A stretch of 64,000 nucleotides of DNA from the human T2T-CHM13v2.0 reference genome, Homo sapiens. The stretch lies in NCBI RefSeq assembly GCF_009914755.1, contig NC_060929.1, one strand, 5' to 3'. Positions within the stretch are counted from its first letter, which is position 1; the number at the start of each line of letters is the position of its first letter. The position numbers were made by a program, and so were the translations under genes. The notes under the pieces are model-generated. The model was not told where the DNA came from and did not search any database. It was given only the letters and a program-made list of their open reading frames with translations. Of this stretch, positions 17,255 through 30,299 are shown piece by piece.

Positions 17255-17842
17255 CTGAACAAGAAAAGAGCACTGATCAAACTACAAAAAAAGGGAACAT
17301 ATGGTGGGGGTAGTAGGGGAAAGGATGAAAAAAAAAAACCCCACAAAAATAACAGAAGACAAAGTAGAAGCAATTTTAGTTTCCATCTATGTAGATATAA
17401 TGGTGCCAATTTTCTCCACACATTCCCCTACATAACCATTTGCCTACTATCCACACCACACCAATACAACTACACATTCAAGAAAAAGACAGTCAAAGTC
17501 CAGTGTTACTCAGAAAACTAGTTTAAAGGTATATCTTTCTCAGGCTCTCCCACAGCTATAATCATTTAATAAAATAAGAAGATTACAAATATTAATAAGT
17601 ACATGTCTTTAGGGTTTCTCAACTTCTTTTTAACCCAACGCTCCTTCCTTTGATTAATATGAATATTTCTTGACCTGATCTGAATCCCAAATACCATCTT
17701 GAAGTAAGGGTAGGGGTGGGAGTCCAGGACTCAAGGGAAAGAACTACATTTTTGCTTTATCAAACTATATATACTTACCCCATATATTCTGCATATCCCA
17801 CCTAAGAAGTCTTGTCTTGAGTTGAGAGTCACTGTTTTAGAT

Positions 17843-18134
17843 TATTTTTATTTTTTAGACACAGGGTCCTGCTCTGTTGCCAGGCTATAGTGCAATGGCA
17901 CGATCATAGCTCACTGCAGCTTCGAACTCCTGGGCTCAAGTGGTCCTCTTGCCTCAGCCCCAAGTAGCTGGGACTACGGTCTGCACCACCACACCCAGTT
18001 ATTTTTAAACTTTTTGCAGAAATGAGGTCTCATTATGTTGCCGAGGCTGGTCTTCAACTCCTGGCCTCAAGCGATCCTCCCGCCTCAGCCTACCAAATTG
18101 CTGGGATTACAGGTATGAGCCACCATGCCCAGCC
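17843..18134 (-). mobile_element. Alu (J-like)
   Basis: Reverse Alu consensus. Confidence 0.9.
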
Positions 18135-19074
18135 TGTTTCAGTTTTTTAAATTGTTTTAGGTTTAAACTTAGTGTCATACTTAGTTTCCTTTTTCTTCAC
18201 CAACCTTGCAGAATATTAAACAGCTGAGTGGATACATGTTTAATAATGTGTTATAGAAAAAAACAGCATCTACATGTTCTATGTTGTTCTGTGACTTACT
18301 GCACAGCAGACAACTAGAGAGATGTTCTTCTGTATTCTAGGGACGCACTGAGGTGAAGGACCCAAAAACAAATCTGCAACAGAATGGCTAATGTACATAA
18401 TAATCTATTTTGATAACTGGAAGAAACCAAATTTTTGTTTAGAAATAAAAGAAAAAGAAAATGCCCTAGTAATCCCAACAAGGGACGGGTCTCAAAGAAG
18501 TAAAAAATATCTTCTTGCTCACAGAGGAAAGTAGGGTTTAGTAGATATGTGACCTTTGGACCAATACCTAGAAATGTCATTAGGAAGAATTACAGGCTTT
18601 GGGTATGTTACTGGAATTCTCAGGGCCTCATCTTCATGCAGAAAGAGGATGACAACATCCTTAGTTCCAAGTCTTTCTCTGTTTATGGATCTTGGAGTTA
18701 TTCACATATAACTCAAGTCATTTAAGGAATAATTTGTTGCACAGTAATCTTATTAAGTCGTTTCGTTAACTATTTCAAAGAGAAAAAGGCCTAGAAAATG
18801 TGTGATTTATATTTGGCCTACGTGGACAGGAACAGGGTAAGCCAAGACAAGCCAGTCTTCTGACGTCTATCATACATCTCTGAACTTGGGATCACTGCTA
18901 TTTGTCAATGTCCATGAGCTGATTAGTCAATTTTTAAGAGGACCAAGAAAGTGGATGTAATAAGTAAATTAAAAATAAATAAAAACCTTCTTCTTGAAAA
19001 GAAAAAGTCATTGCTCTACACAATAATCTTGCTTCATTGTTTAAAAAATAATTTCATTCTTATGTCTATTTGAT

Positions 19075-19240
19075 CAGTATTTCTCAAATATAATAATACT
19101 AAGAACCACCTGGCAAGCCAATTAAAATAAACATTCCAGATCCCATTTCTGGCAATTCAAGTTTATGAAGTCTGGGGTGGGACACAGTAATTGCATTTTT
19201 TAACAAGTTTCCCAGATGATTCTGATATTGCTATGTTAGA
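19075..19240. mobile_element. MER5A-like DNA transposon fragment
   Basis: gtctggggtggg...tgcattttttaacaagtttcccagatgattctgat. Confidence 0.6.
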
Positions 19241-19476
19241 CTAGTCCCTTCTCCCCCAATCAAAGATACGTAAAAAGTAGAAGATAAAAAAGCCTCCTCT
19301 ACATATTTCACTCACAGATCCAGCTAACAGTAGGAAATAAAGTCAACTACAGAAAACAAGAGTATAAAATTTACTAACTCAATACATCAGTAAAATAACT
19401 TATGTACAAATGAGGCATTTTCAAGTGTTTATAAATAGTATTTTACTAAGTTGTCTGCCTAAGCTTTGACAAATGG

Positions 19477-19482
19477 TTTAAT
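19477..19482 (-). terminator. Candidate ATTAAA polyA signal for the alternative last exon
   Basis: tttaat on +, ~65 nt past the alternative stop. Confidence 0.4.
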
Positions 19483-19546
19483 TTAAGCCATGTATACATT
19501 AATAACTGAAAACAAACTTAACACTAAAATTAAATAAGGAACTTCA

Positions 19547-19977
19547 TCAGAGTGTCTTCCTCCTTTTAGACTTGAATCGCGTATAGAAGCAGTTTAAAGT
19601 GTTACTGTTGCCTTGGCTATTTGAATTGAAGATGGCACTCCCTTTCTCATCTTTGATGTTGCTTCCAACATCCTTCACTTTCTCACAGCTTTCTGTAGCT
19701 TGATTGTGATCTGTGTCCTCTTTTTGGCTGTTGACTAGTCTCTCCCTTGAAAGCATTCTTTCCCTAAGTCTTCTAAACGGGGATGTCATTCTTTTTCTGG
19801 TTGTGTTCTCACAACTTGTCCTGTCTCTATTCTCCTCAGTGGCCTTCTCAGTACTGTCTGTTCTTTTGGCTGTGCTCCTGGTAATCTGAAGGATTTTCTT
19901 TTGCAAGTAAGCCCCACCTATTCCGGGGCAGCTCTGGCCACTGATCTTGCTGCTGTGATCAGATATGATACTGCCAA
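19547..19977 (-). CDS. RAPGEF6: RAPGEF6 alternative terminal exon CDS (VGSIISDHSSK...KSKRRKTL*), 143 aa
   Basis: Acceptor tctctccctccag|TT in phase with upstream exon 23177-23311; open frame to TGA; ATTAAA downstream at 19477-19482 and 18239-18244. Confidence 0.85.
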
Positions 19978-21520
19978 CTGGAGGGAGAGATGCAAAAACC
20001 CTGACATGGTCAATCACAATTAGCCTTGTTTACATAATATTTCACTATTTAAAAATTCTAACATCTTGATAATATCTGAAAAATTGAAATCTAGCAACAT
20101 ATTTTTTAATGCATGGAAAAAAATCTACTTATATATAAAACATATACACATCAGTTATTGCAAGACAGAATGCAGGAGAAAGATTACCTTTATCAGCACA
20201 AGCTGGTGATAAAAATAAAAACAAAAACAAAAACAAAAAAACTGTTGAAAGGAAGCCAAGCTGGTAAAATCATAAGGAAAAATATGACAAAAATATCAGG
20301 TAACTAGAATTATTTCTGTAAAGTAACTATGTAGGTCTAGAATTGTAAGGTAGATTTTACTATGAAGAAGCTTAGTAAAAACCAAATAAGACATATAAAT
20401 AGTACATACAATAGGTATATTTATAACGTTCATTTTCTGATCCTGTTGTAGATCCAAGGTGGAGAGTGCTTTTCTTAAACACTAGGGTAGATAATGTTTA
20501 AGGTCTTTTGACTTCTTTTTTAAAGTTCTTGTTTAAACTATCCTCATGCAAAACATGAAGACAGGTTTATTTTCTTAATCATAAGAAAACAAAGAACAGA
20601 TCTCCAAGTTTAATAAGAACCAGGAACAGATCCTAATAATTTACTCTGAGCATAATGACAGTTTTGTTCAATCATAGGTTACTGGCAAAAACCTGTCTAC
20701 AAAAATAGAAGGATCATACTTGGTTGGGGTTTTGATAGTACACATGCAAGAACAAGCTGAAACAGTTTTGAAGAGAAGAATTTCTTCAGGCTTCTAAGAA
20801 TTCTAAACATTACTACGAGAAGCTCACAAACCTATAAACATGGTGTTCAATTGTTGGCTACAATTTTCTCACAAAGGGAGAAAATACTTCTCTATTCGAG
20901 TGTTGAGTGTAGATTTTGTTGGGAATAAGAGCAATGGAGGAATTCCTGTTTCTAATACCACTTTCCAGAAGTCACATTCAGGCATAAAATACCAAATCAG
21001 CTATAATGGGATGGACCACTGAGCAGCCTCTAACAGGGGTAAGGAGTGTAAAGGTGTTCCTGAACGAGCATTAGGAGCATATGGATACTGTTCATTTGGA
21101 CCATCTGTCTGACTGGAGGCACTGCGGCTTATCCTACATCGCAAGATCTGGTAAGGGGCGCATTGGATAGGACCATACAGACAAGGAAAGTGATGACATA
21201 GGTCTGTGTGCCACACAAAATTACATATGAGCTACAACAGGATCAAAATCTGTGTTTTATAAATACACCTACTATACAAACTGTTTTTATCTCCTGTTTC
21301 ATTTTTATTAAGCTTTCTTTAGTAAAATCTGAATGAAAAAAATCTAACCAGTCTCAGCTATGTGAGGATGAAAAAAGCAAGTGAGTAATGGAGCTATGGT
21401 GTCCTGAGGTGGCCGCAGAGAAAGAAAAGAGACATTCCAATTCACTAAACACTTACCACACATGAGGCTTTATAAATATTATTTCATTTAAACCACATAA
21501 GAGGCTGTTAAAATAGATGG

Positions 21521-21841
21521 TCTTTTTCTTTTCCTCTTTTTTTTTTGAGATGGAGTTTTGCTCTTGTCACCCAGGTTAGGCAACAATTCTGCATCCAATT
21601 CTTTCTTCGTTTCCATAGCCACCAAACTAGTTGGGGTGCAATAGCATGATCTTGGCTCACTGCAACCTCCGCCTCCTTGGTTCAAGTGATTCTCCTGCCT
21701 CGGCCTCCTGAGTAGCTGGGACTACAGGCATGTGCCACTACCCCTGGCTAATTTTTTTGTATTTTTAATAGAGATGGGTTTCACCATCTTGGCCAGGCTA
21801 GTGTTGAACTCCTGACCTCAGGCGATCCGCCTGCTTTGGCC
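21521..21841 (-). mobile_element. Alu, 5' truncated, carrying a non-Alu insert
   Basis: Reverse Alu; 15-nt TSD tagatggtctttttc at 21514 and 21842. Confidence 0.92.
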
Positions 21842-22345
21842 TAGATGGTCTTTTTCCCATCTTACAGAGAGGAAACCTGACCGTATAAATAAATTACTTG
21901 TAGTAACACAGCTACAGTGGAGGACAGAATCACGGTTCAAACTCAGGTCTGACATCACTGTACATAATTGCCACATAGGTGGCAAAAATAAGAAAGAGCT
22001 CTGCAGAGTGAGATGAAACTTAGAGCCTGGAAGCTGAAGCAAGCTCTGGAAGCTTCTCTCTCCTGTTAGAATTATTATAATAAGCTTGTCTTCCCTCTGA
22101 CCATGTACCATCCTCTGGTGTGATTATTTAAATATGTAATTCTTTTACATCTGTGAAGAAGATGCCAGGACTAAATCCCCTTTCTTTCCAGGGTACACAC
22201 AGAGTGTGAAGGGTCAATATAAGAAATACACACCATATTTAGAATGCTACATGTGCAGCTAACATGAAATGGCATCTGCTGCACACTGCCCAGGCTAGCC
22301 AAGAAAAGAAATGCTCCAGTCTGAATTATGAAAACACGTAAATGA

Positions 22346-22855
<510 letters not shown>

Positions 22856-23176
22856 TAGAAATGTCCAAATATAGGAAACTGGAATGATAACACCAAGAAT
22901 TTGCACCAAAACTATGGCTTCTGCCTTTATTCTTATCCATGCTTGCTGTCTGTTGAAGTTTAGGACCACACTTTGAATACTGGAGTCCTAGTTACATGAC
23001 ACATAATATCTAAAAAGCATCTGAATAATGCAATACAAAACATCAAAGTTCAAAAAGCATTAGGAGTTATGCTTTTCTTAATGATTTATAATTATTGCTA
23101 TAGATTGAAAAGCAAAATATGTGCTATAAAGTATTGTTTAGTTTAACAAGAACTAGTTTGAAATGTTTTGTCTTAC

Positions 23177-23311
23177 CTTTGTGAGGGGAGCCTTGAGGAG
23201 ATGCAGGAGGACTAGAATGTAAAGATGACGCCACAGAAATAGTGTCTTCTGTATGCTTCTTACCACTTATTTCTTCAGTTGTTCCTAAAACTTTCTGAGG
23301 TAAACTTGTAT
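23177..23311 (-). CDS. RAPGEF6: RAPGEF6 coding exon (TSLPQKVLG...SPQGSPHK)
   Basis: ttttag|AT acceptor, G|gtaaga donor; 135 nt. Confidence 0.93.
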
Positions 23312-23903
23312 CTAAAAATAAAACCAAAGATGCAAATAAGCATCGTTTCACAATTAAAATGTCTATAGTTGCCTAAATCACTACATAACTAACACTATGA
23401 TGCACAATGGCTAGTGTAGTCAACTGAAATGTGTAAATGACAAACAGGGACTAAATGACTGGGTAATGGCATACAGAGATTCTCACCTCTAGGTTATTCA
23501 TTCAAATTCAGCTGGTCAGCATGGACCAGATTATATTAGTTTGTCTGCACTTTGTGGTATAAGGGAAATCAATTTAACAGTCTGAGTGCTATGCCCCACC
23601 TCCCACAATTGACACAGTGATTTGAAATCTTCAAAAAGAAGGCATGGATTCAAACTCTTCCCTCCCCTCTAGAGGTGGCCTCTCCAAGTCGGGGCGACGC
23701 ATGTGGCAGGGGCAGTGTGGGGATGTTGGCACTGTCACTACCTGTGGTGCATCTGTGCTGTGGGTATACGGGAAGAGGCTGCAGGGCTGCCAGTCCAGCC
23801 CTTTTCAAGAGCACTAAATTCACACTACAGGAGAGAAGTAAACAACAGAAAAAATCATGAATGTATAGAAAAATAGTATGCAGCACAGTGGAACGATTCC
23901 TTA

Positions 23904-24396
<493 letters not shown>

Positions 24397-24429
24397 TCAA
24401 GTGGTGATATTCAAGTAAAAAAACCAGAG

Positions 24430-25335
24430 CTAACTTTGTCCCTCTCTCACTCCTACCAACAAATTTATCAACTTCACCAATTCTGCACCCAATTCTCTCT
24501 TCATTTCCATAGCCACCAAACTAGTCCAGGCCCTGGGCAACTTCCAGTTAACTGTTAGACCAGCTTTCCATCTGAGCTCTCTATCTCCAGTCCTGCTGTG
24601 ATCCTCACTACAGTCCTTCTCAAACATAATTTGAACCGTAACCTTCTCTTGTTCAAATCTCTTCAATGGCTTCTCAATGTTAACTTTTTCCTTTGGCATG
24701 GCACATTGTAATTTCAGCATACCTGTCTTCATTCTCTGCATCTTGGAAGCTGTTTAGTACAGTGGTTAAAGGCAAAGATTTAAAGCCAGTCAGCCTTCCT
24801 TTAGCCTCTATGCTTCCTTTGTAGAATGAGGGTAAAATACCACTTATCTTGTGGCATTACTATGAAGACTGATATATAAAATTAGTAAAGCACAATTTGA
24901 ACCATGCCTGGCACCAGTAAGTGCTCTCCAAGTGTCAGCTTTAATTATTATTGTCTGTCAACACTGCATGCAATTTCCACTCAGCGTCAGCAAAGTGCTT
25001 GTAGTTTCTTGCACATACCAAGCTGTTTCCTCAGCCTGAAGCAACTTCTCTGGAACTTTTGCCTAATTATCTTCTTCGTCACCAATCTTTTAGGCTGCTT
25101 AGATGTTATTTCCAAAAAGCCTTCTTCTGAAGCCCTATCTTACCTCTGTCTAAGTTAAAAGCTCTTGTTTTGTTCTTTTATATGTTCTGCATATACCCCT
25201 GGCATAAGAAGAAGACACATTATATTGAAGTTACCTGTGTGAGTGTCTACATCACCAGACTGAAAATCTGGTCAAGGAGGGGGAATTTCTTATTCAACTT
25301 TGTATCTCAAACAATAACAAATTAAATGAACAAAG
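24430..25335. mobile_element. L2 fragments with embedded MIR (~24750-24950)
   Basis: L2 phrases ctagtccaggccc and tcttcaatggcttc; MIR phrases agtggttaa and tgcctggcaccagtaagtgctc. Confidence 0.6.
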
Positions 25336-25944
25336 TTCTACTAAACATATACTACATATAATGTACAGCCTAAGTAATCATGCTAGGAACCAAATCTAAT
25401 CTAGGTTCTCATCTAAAAGGCTAAAATAGTGATACTGTCAAAACAACAAATAAAAGTAATATGAATAATGACTATATGGCCTAACAGAAAAAAAAAGTGT
25501 GGTCTATATTTTATAAAAGTTATATTCTCTTGTTTCCCAACCACGTTTTCAGAAGGGGTCTTTAAAGACAAAAAACAACGTATAGTCATTTTTGGAATAA
25601 GCAACTTCATTTCCACAGTTTTTGTAGGTTGCATCTGTATTGGATATTTCATTAAATACACCTCTGAATGCAGTAAGCCCTTGGTACCCAAAATGTATTG
25701 CTGTAAATTTTCTATTGATCGACAGATTTCAGTATTATAGGAAATTCAATGTTGGCATTTAAAACACGTATGCTGTCAGCAAACATCTATAGGCAAAATG
25801 AAATCAACATTTTTGATTCATAAAGTGACGATTATATTACACAACCTACAACAGCTTATCTCCTGAACATCTGTAATTATTTTTCACTCTAACTCCCCTG
25901 GAAATTTCAGGTAAACGGATGTAATATTAATGGTGAATACTCAC

Positions 25945-26133
25945 TCAGTGCAGGGTCTTTTGTTTGTCCCTTCTTCCTGATGGGGTGCAAATTAACAGCT
26001 GGCACCTGAAGCACCTGGCTTACTCTGTGGGGTTGATGCAAGTGGGCTTTAGTTGTTTGGCCAGCTGACCTCATAGGCACTGGAGACATTTCAGATGATT
26101 TGGCTGATCTTTTCTCACTTAAATTCTTGGTCA
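25945..26133 (-). CDS. RAPGEF6: RAPGEF6 coding exon (TKNLSEKRSAK...TKDPAL)
   Basis: ctctcctgttag|TG acceptor, A|gtgagt donor; 189 nt. Confidence 0.93.
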
Positions 26134-26381
26134 CTAACAGGAGAGAGTAAGAAATAAGTAACTGCACGTTTTTAGGCAAGGTTATCACCACTGGCAATAA
26201 TAAATGGTTACTTTAAAACCATCTATTTTTAGCACAAAAGATAAAATAGATTAATTTTTCTTAGCAGGAATTTCAGTTAAGTACTATAAGATGTTATCTC
26301 TATTGTTTGGTGAGTCAGATAAAAAATGTTATCTCTAAAACTATTGTAGAATAAGTTGTTAATTTTATCTCCTAAATAAAT

Positions 26382-26972
26382 CTTTTTATTTTTTATTTTT
26401 TGAGATGAAGTTTCGCTCTGTCGCCCGGGCTGAAGTGCAATGGTGCAATCTTGGCTTACTGCAACCTCCACCTCCCAGGTTCAATGGAGTCTACTCTCTC
26501 AGCCTCCTGAGTAGCTGGGATTACAGGCACCTGCCACAAAACCTGGCTTTTTTTTTTGTTTTTTTTAAGACAGAGCTTTGCTTTTGTTGCCCAGGCTGGA
26601 GTGCAATGGTGCAATCTTGGCTCCCAGGTTCAAGTGTTCAAGTGATTCTCCTGCCTCAGCCTCCCGAGTAGCTGGGATTACAGGCATGCACCACCATACC
26701 CAGCTAATTCTGTATTTTTAGTAGACAGGGGTTTCTCCATGTTGGTCAGTCTGGTCTCGAACTCCCGACCTCAGGTGATCCACCCACCTCAGCCTCCCAA
26801 AGTGCTGGGATTACAGGCGTGAGCCACTGCGCCTGGCCTATTTTTGTATTTTTAGTAGAGATGGAGTTTCACCACGTTGCCCAGGCTGGTCTCGAACTCT
26901 TGACCTCAGGTGATCCACATGCCCCAGCTACCCAAAGTGGTGTGATTACAGGTGTGAGCTACCTCATCCAGC
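26382..26972 (-). mobile_element. Nested Alus (inner ~26548-26838 within the linker of an outer Alu)
   Basis: Right arm, then a full Alu, then left arm, all reverse. Confidence 0.88.
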
Positions 26973-26994
26973 CCTAAATAATTCTTGAATCCAT

Positions 26995-27460
26995 GTTAAT
27001 TAGCTCCATCATCACTCTGCTGAGGGTCAAGTTAACATTCTCTCACCTTTACTACTGAAATACTTTTCTCACTGTATCAATTCTAGCATGCCTTCAAGGC
27101 ATTCTTCATAGAATAGAAGAGTGACTCTGCCAAAATGAGTATTTGATCATATCATTTCCCTTCTCCTTCTGCACAAACCTTAACTTGCCCCTGCTTTTAG
27201 AATGAAGACCCAAATCCTTAAAACAAGGCCTATATGACCCTGCATGATTTAGCATCAGCCTGCTCCCTTGACTTGACTTGCTTACCTTTCCTCTCACCAG
27301 TCCTATACTCTCATTAGGCTTTATCTTCTCTGTTCCTTTCATTAGGCTTTAACCTACTTGAGAGTAAGGACTATGCATTTTGTTCGTTATTACATCCTTA
27401 TGTGCCAGTAACTGACTGAAAACAGATGCTTAATGGGTATTTGTTGAATAAATAAGTGAA
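26995..27460. mobile_element. L2 fragment
   Basis: cccaaatcctt...ggcctatatgacc and tatttgttgaataaat L2 3' end. Confidence 0.55.
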
Positions 27461-29072
27461 ATTATCTCAACAGCTGTAACACAAGAAAACCAGAGACAGT
27501 GCTTTTATAAATCCATAGGTTTTCTGAATATGAATGTGAGAATAAAAAACTGAGAACCCTTACTTATAAAAGCTGCCTCCTTCATATAAAACCAATACTA
27601 TAGTCCAAGGGGAAGACATTCTTCCATCAGGGAGTACTTTTAATCCTTAGGTTATCCAGGGTGGTTTCAATGCAGGTGCAGCCTCAGTACTTCATGAAGT
27701 ATTTGTTTTAAACATCAAGATAAAAGCAAAAATAGATGTCTAAACTGTCTCAACACAGCTATAATAGCTATTATGCTTTTATTAAGACAGACTAGACAAT
27801 ATTTGGGGTGATAAGAATCAGAGAATGTCTTAGAAAGTTCAAATACAGGGACCCCAAGAGAAAATTGCAATGGCTCACCAACTAATTGAATCCAAGAGGT
27901 TATCATCTTTGGTTAGAGCCATGAAATACTTTCATCCTTCTCTCATTGATTGGTAAATGCTAATCAATGACATCTTATTTTAATAATTGCTACAGTACAA
28001 AGAAAAAAACCTGAGACTACTTCAAAAATAAGTTTACAGATGAATGACAAAAACCACATATATTCTAATTAATTGGGAAGAATCAAATTCTATAATGCTC
28101 AGAAATCAACTATTGTTTGGGCTTCGGATAGTGACTATTTAAACATTTAAAAATCAATTATGCATTATAAAGATGCTCAAACCAAATTAAAGGAACATGC
28201 ATTTAACTAAATGTTCAAATCCAGTTTAAGAAAGAAAGGCCTAAAGATTTTCTCATTTTATTAAATATGTAGCATGGGACATCATTTAGTGCTATGAGAA
28301 AAGACAGACACAAGTCTGGGGTGGGTGTAAGAAGAGGAAGCCATGAGGGTGTATATAAACTGTGTTTCATAACCATAAGATGATTAAGTCTACATCAAAT
28401 TACCTGGGAAAAAATAACTTTGATGATGACTCAAAGCAGGGCCAGAAAGCTTTAATAAATATGTACATGGCTTTGAACTTTAAAGCATGAATAAATGTTA
28501 AAGGTTCTATATACTCTTTCAGCTTTTACCTTTAACATGTACCATTTAACATGTGGCAGCCAGAATGTAGAAAGCTCTCAATAACTGTTAGCTTTTAAAA
28601 ATGTCTTTTTCCAAATTTAATAACTTCGACGTACAAAGAATCACAGAAATAAAATGTACTCCCAACCCTTGCCCAAGTTTTACATTTGAGAAAACAGGGA
28701 CTAAAGATGAAGAAAACCTTACTCAAATGTAATAAATGAAACTCAAATTCTGCCTCTATCCTTTCGTAGGTATTCTTTCCATCATACTCCAAATCTTTTC
28801 TTATATGCAGAAGCATTCAAGATATTGTTTTGATTATAGCACTTATTAAAAGGCTCCTTACCCTTATTTAAAAATTGTCAAAACTGAATTTTTAAAAATC
28901 AGTATTTGGTTCTATTTCCACTTCCTGTTTTCTATTCTTTCTTTTGACATACTTTAAAAAATTACTATGCAAATACCATATCATTTATCAATCTTAGGGT
29001 CAATCCATGATGACTACTACCCCTTGTCAACTAGGAACTTTGAAATAAAATTCTATTTCAATTTTTATGGGC

Positions 29073-29216
29073 AAATTTAACTCACTCTCTGTGTGTGTGT
29101 GTGTGTGTGTGTGTATTTATTTTTTAGAGACTGAGTCTCACTTTGTAAATTTAACCCACTGCGTGTGTCTGTGTGTGCGCGCGTATTTATTTTTGAGAGA
29201 CTGAGTCTCACTTTGT
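29073..29216. repeat. Tandem duplication (74 + 70 nt) containing (GT)n
   Basis: aaatttaac.cact-(GT)n-atttattttt.agagactgagtctcactttgt twice. Confidence 0.9.
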
Positions 29217-29432
29217 TGCCCAGGGTGGAGAGCACTGGCATGGTCCTAGCTCACTGCAGCTTCAAACTCTTGGGCTCAAGTGACCTGCCTGCCTCAGCCT
29301 CCCAAGTTGCTAGCACTACCACTTGGATAATTTTAATTTTTTTTTGTAGAGATGGGGTCTCTTTGAGTTGCCAAGGCTGGCCTCAAGTGATCCTCCTGCC
29401 TAGGTTTCTAGGTGTGACCCACCACGCCTGGC
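29185..29432 (-). mobile_element. Alu (J-like, internally deleted)
   Basis: Reverse Alu consensus. Confidence 0.85.
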
Positions 29433-30078
29433 CTTAACCTACAATTTAAGATGTACAATTATTTTGTTATAACAGTATATATTTCATTATCTTTGATTTC
29501 TGCTCTTAGAATTCATAATTTCCTTGATCCAAATATATATGCATTCTCTTGCTTGTATTTAATTAAAAAAAATCCATATTGAGAACACGATCTTTTCCAT
29601 CACATTTTCTAGAGATTACTAATATTGGAATGTGTCTGATTTTTTTTTGTTTTACCTTACTACTGGCACCTGTAAGCTACCTATTATCACTGGTGTTTTA
29701 ATCAAATTTCTTATATTTTCTAGTTGGTAAATATTATCCATGAAATAAAAAGAGGTAAAAATTCCACTTATGTTTACTCTTTAGGGATGAATATAAAAAT
29801 GTTCTCAAACAGAAAGCCTCCTCTATAATGATCCAGTTTTTAAAAGAATTAAAAAGCTTTTTAAAGATCTACTTATCCCTCTATTTTTTGGATAGTGTAG
29901 CCATCAGGAATGGATGGGATTCAGTCTGTGATTAATTGGATCACATGATGCTTAAGGTATGCCAGCAATCTTTTGTGAGTGAAAGTTAATTTTCTTGGGA
30001 CTTAGGTATAATTCTAGAGAAATAAGTTTTTATTTTGTTGTGCTCTTTAGCGTCACATAAATGAAAACTTGTACTCAC

Positions 30079-30299
30079 AGGTACCATATGCAGGCTCCCA
30101 CTGTAATGACATCATCTGGAACTTCTCCTCATCTGTCTCTACATCGAGACTGGAAAGATACTGCTTCACCTTCCTTGCCATTTGGGCATCCTCATATAGC
30201 TTCTTGGCATTAAGCAGAGAGCTGCGGCGTGCCCTTTTTTTGTGAGCACCTCCCTGAACATCCAGCATGTTTGAATTTGTGCTTCCTTGACTCAGTGAC
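30079..30299 (-). CDS. RAPGEF6: RAPGEF6 coding exon ([17 protein letters not shown]...EPAYGT)
   Basis: ttatag|G acceptor, T|gtgagt donor; 221 nt; phase-consistent. Confidence 0.95.

Noticed and set aside
19547-19558. RKTL C-terminus as a PDZ or peroxisomal signal
   Set aside because: Position -2 is Lys, which fits neither class I PDZ nor PTS1 consensus
21457-21504. 48-nt AG..gtaagt pair with in-frame TAA
   Set aside because: AT-rich, MIR-like sequence with a short pyrimidine tract; likely chance
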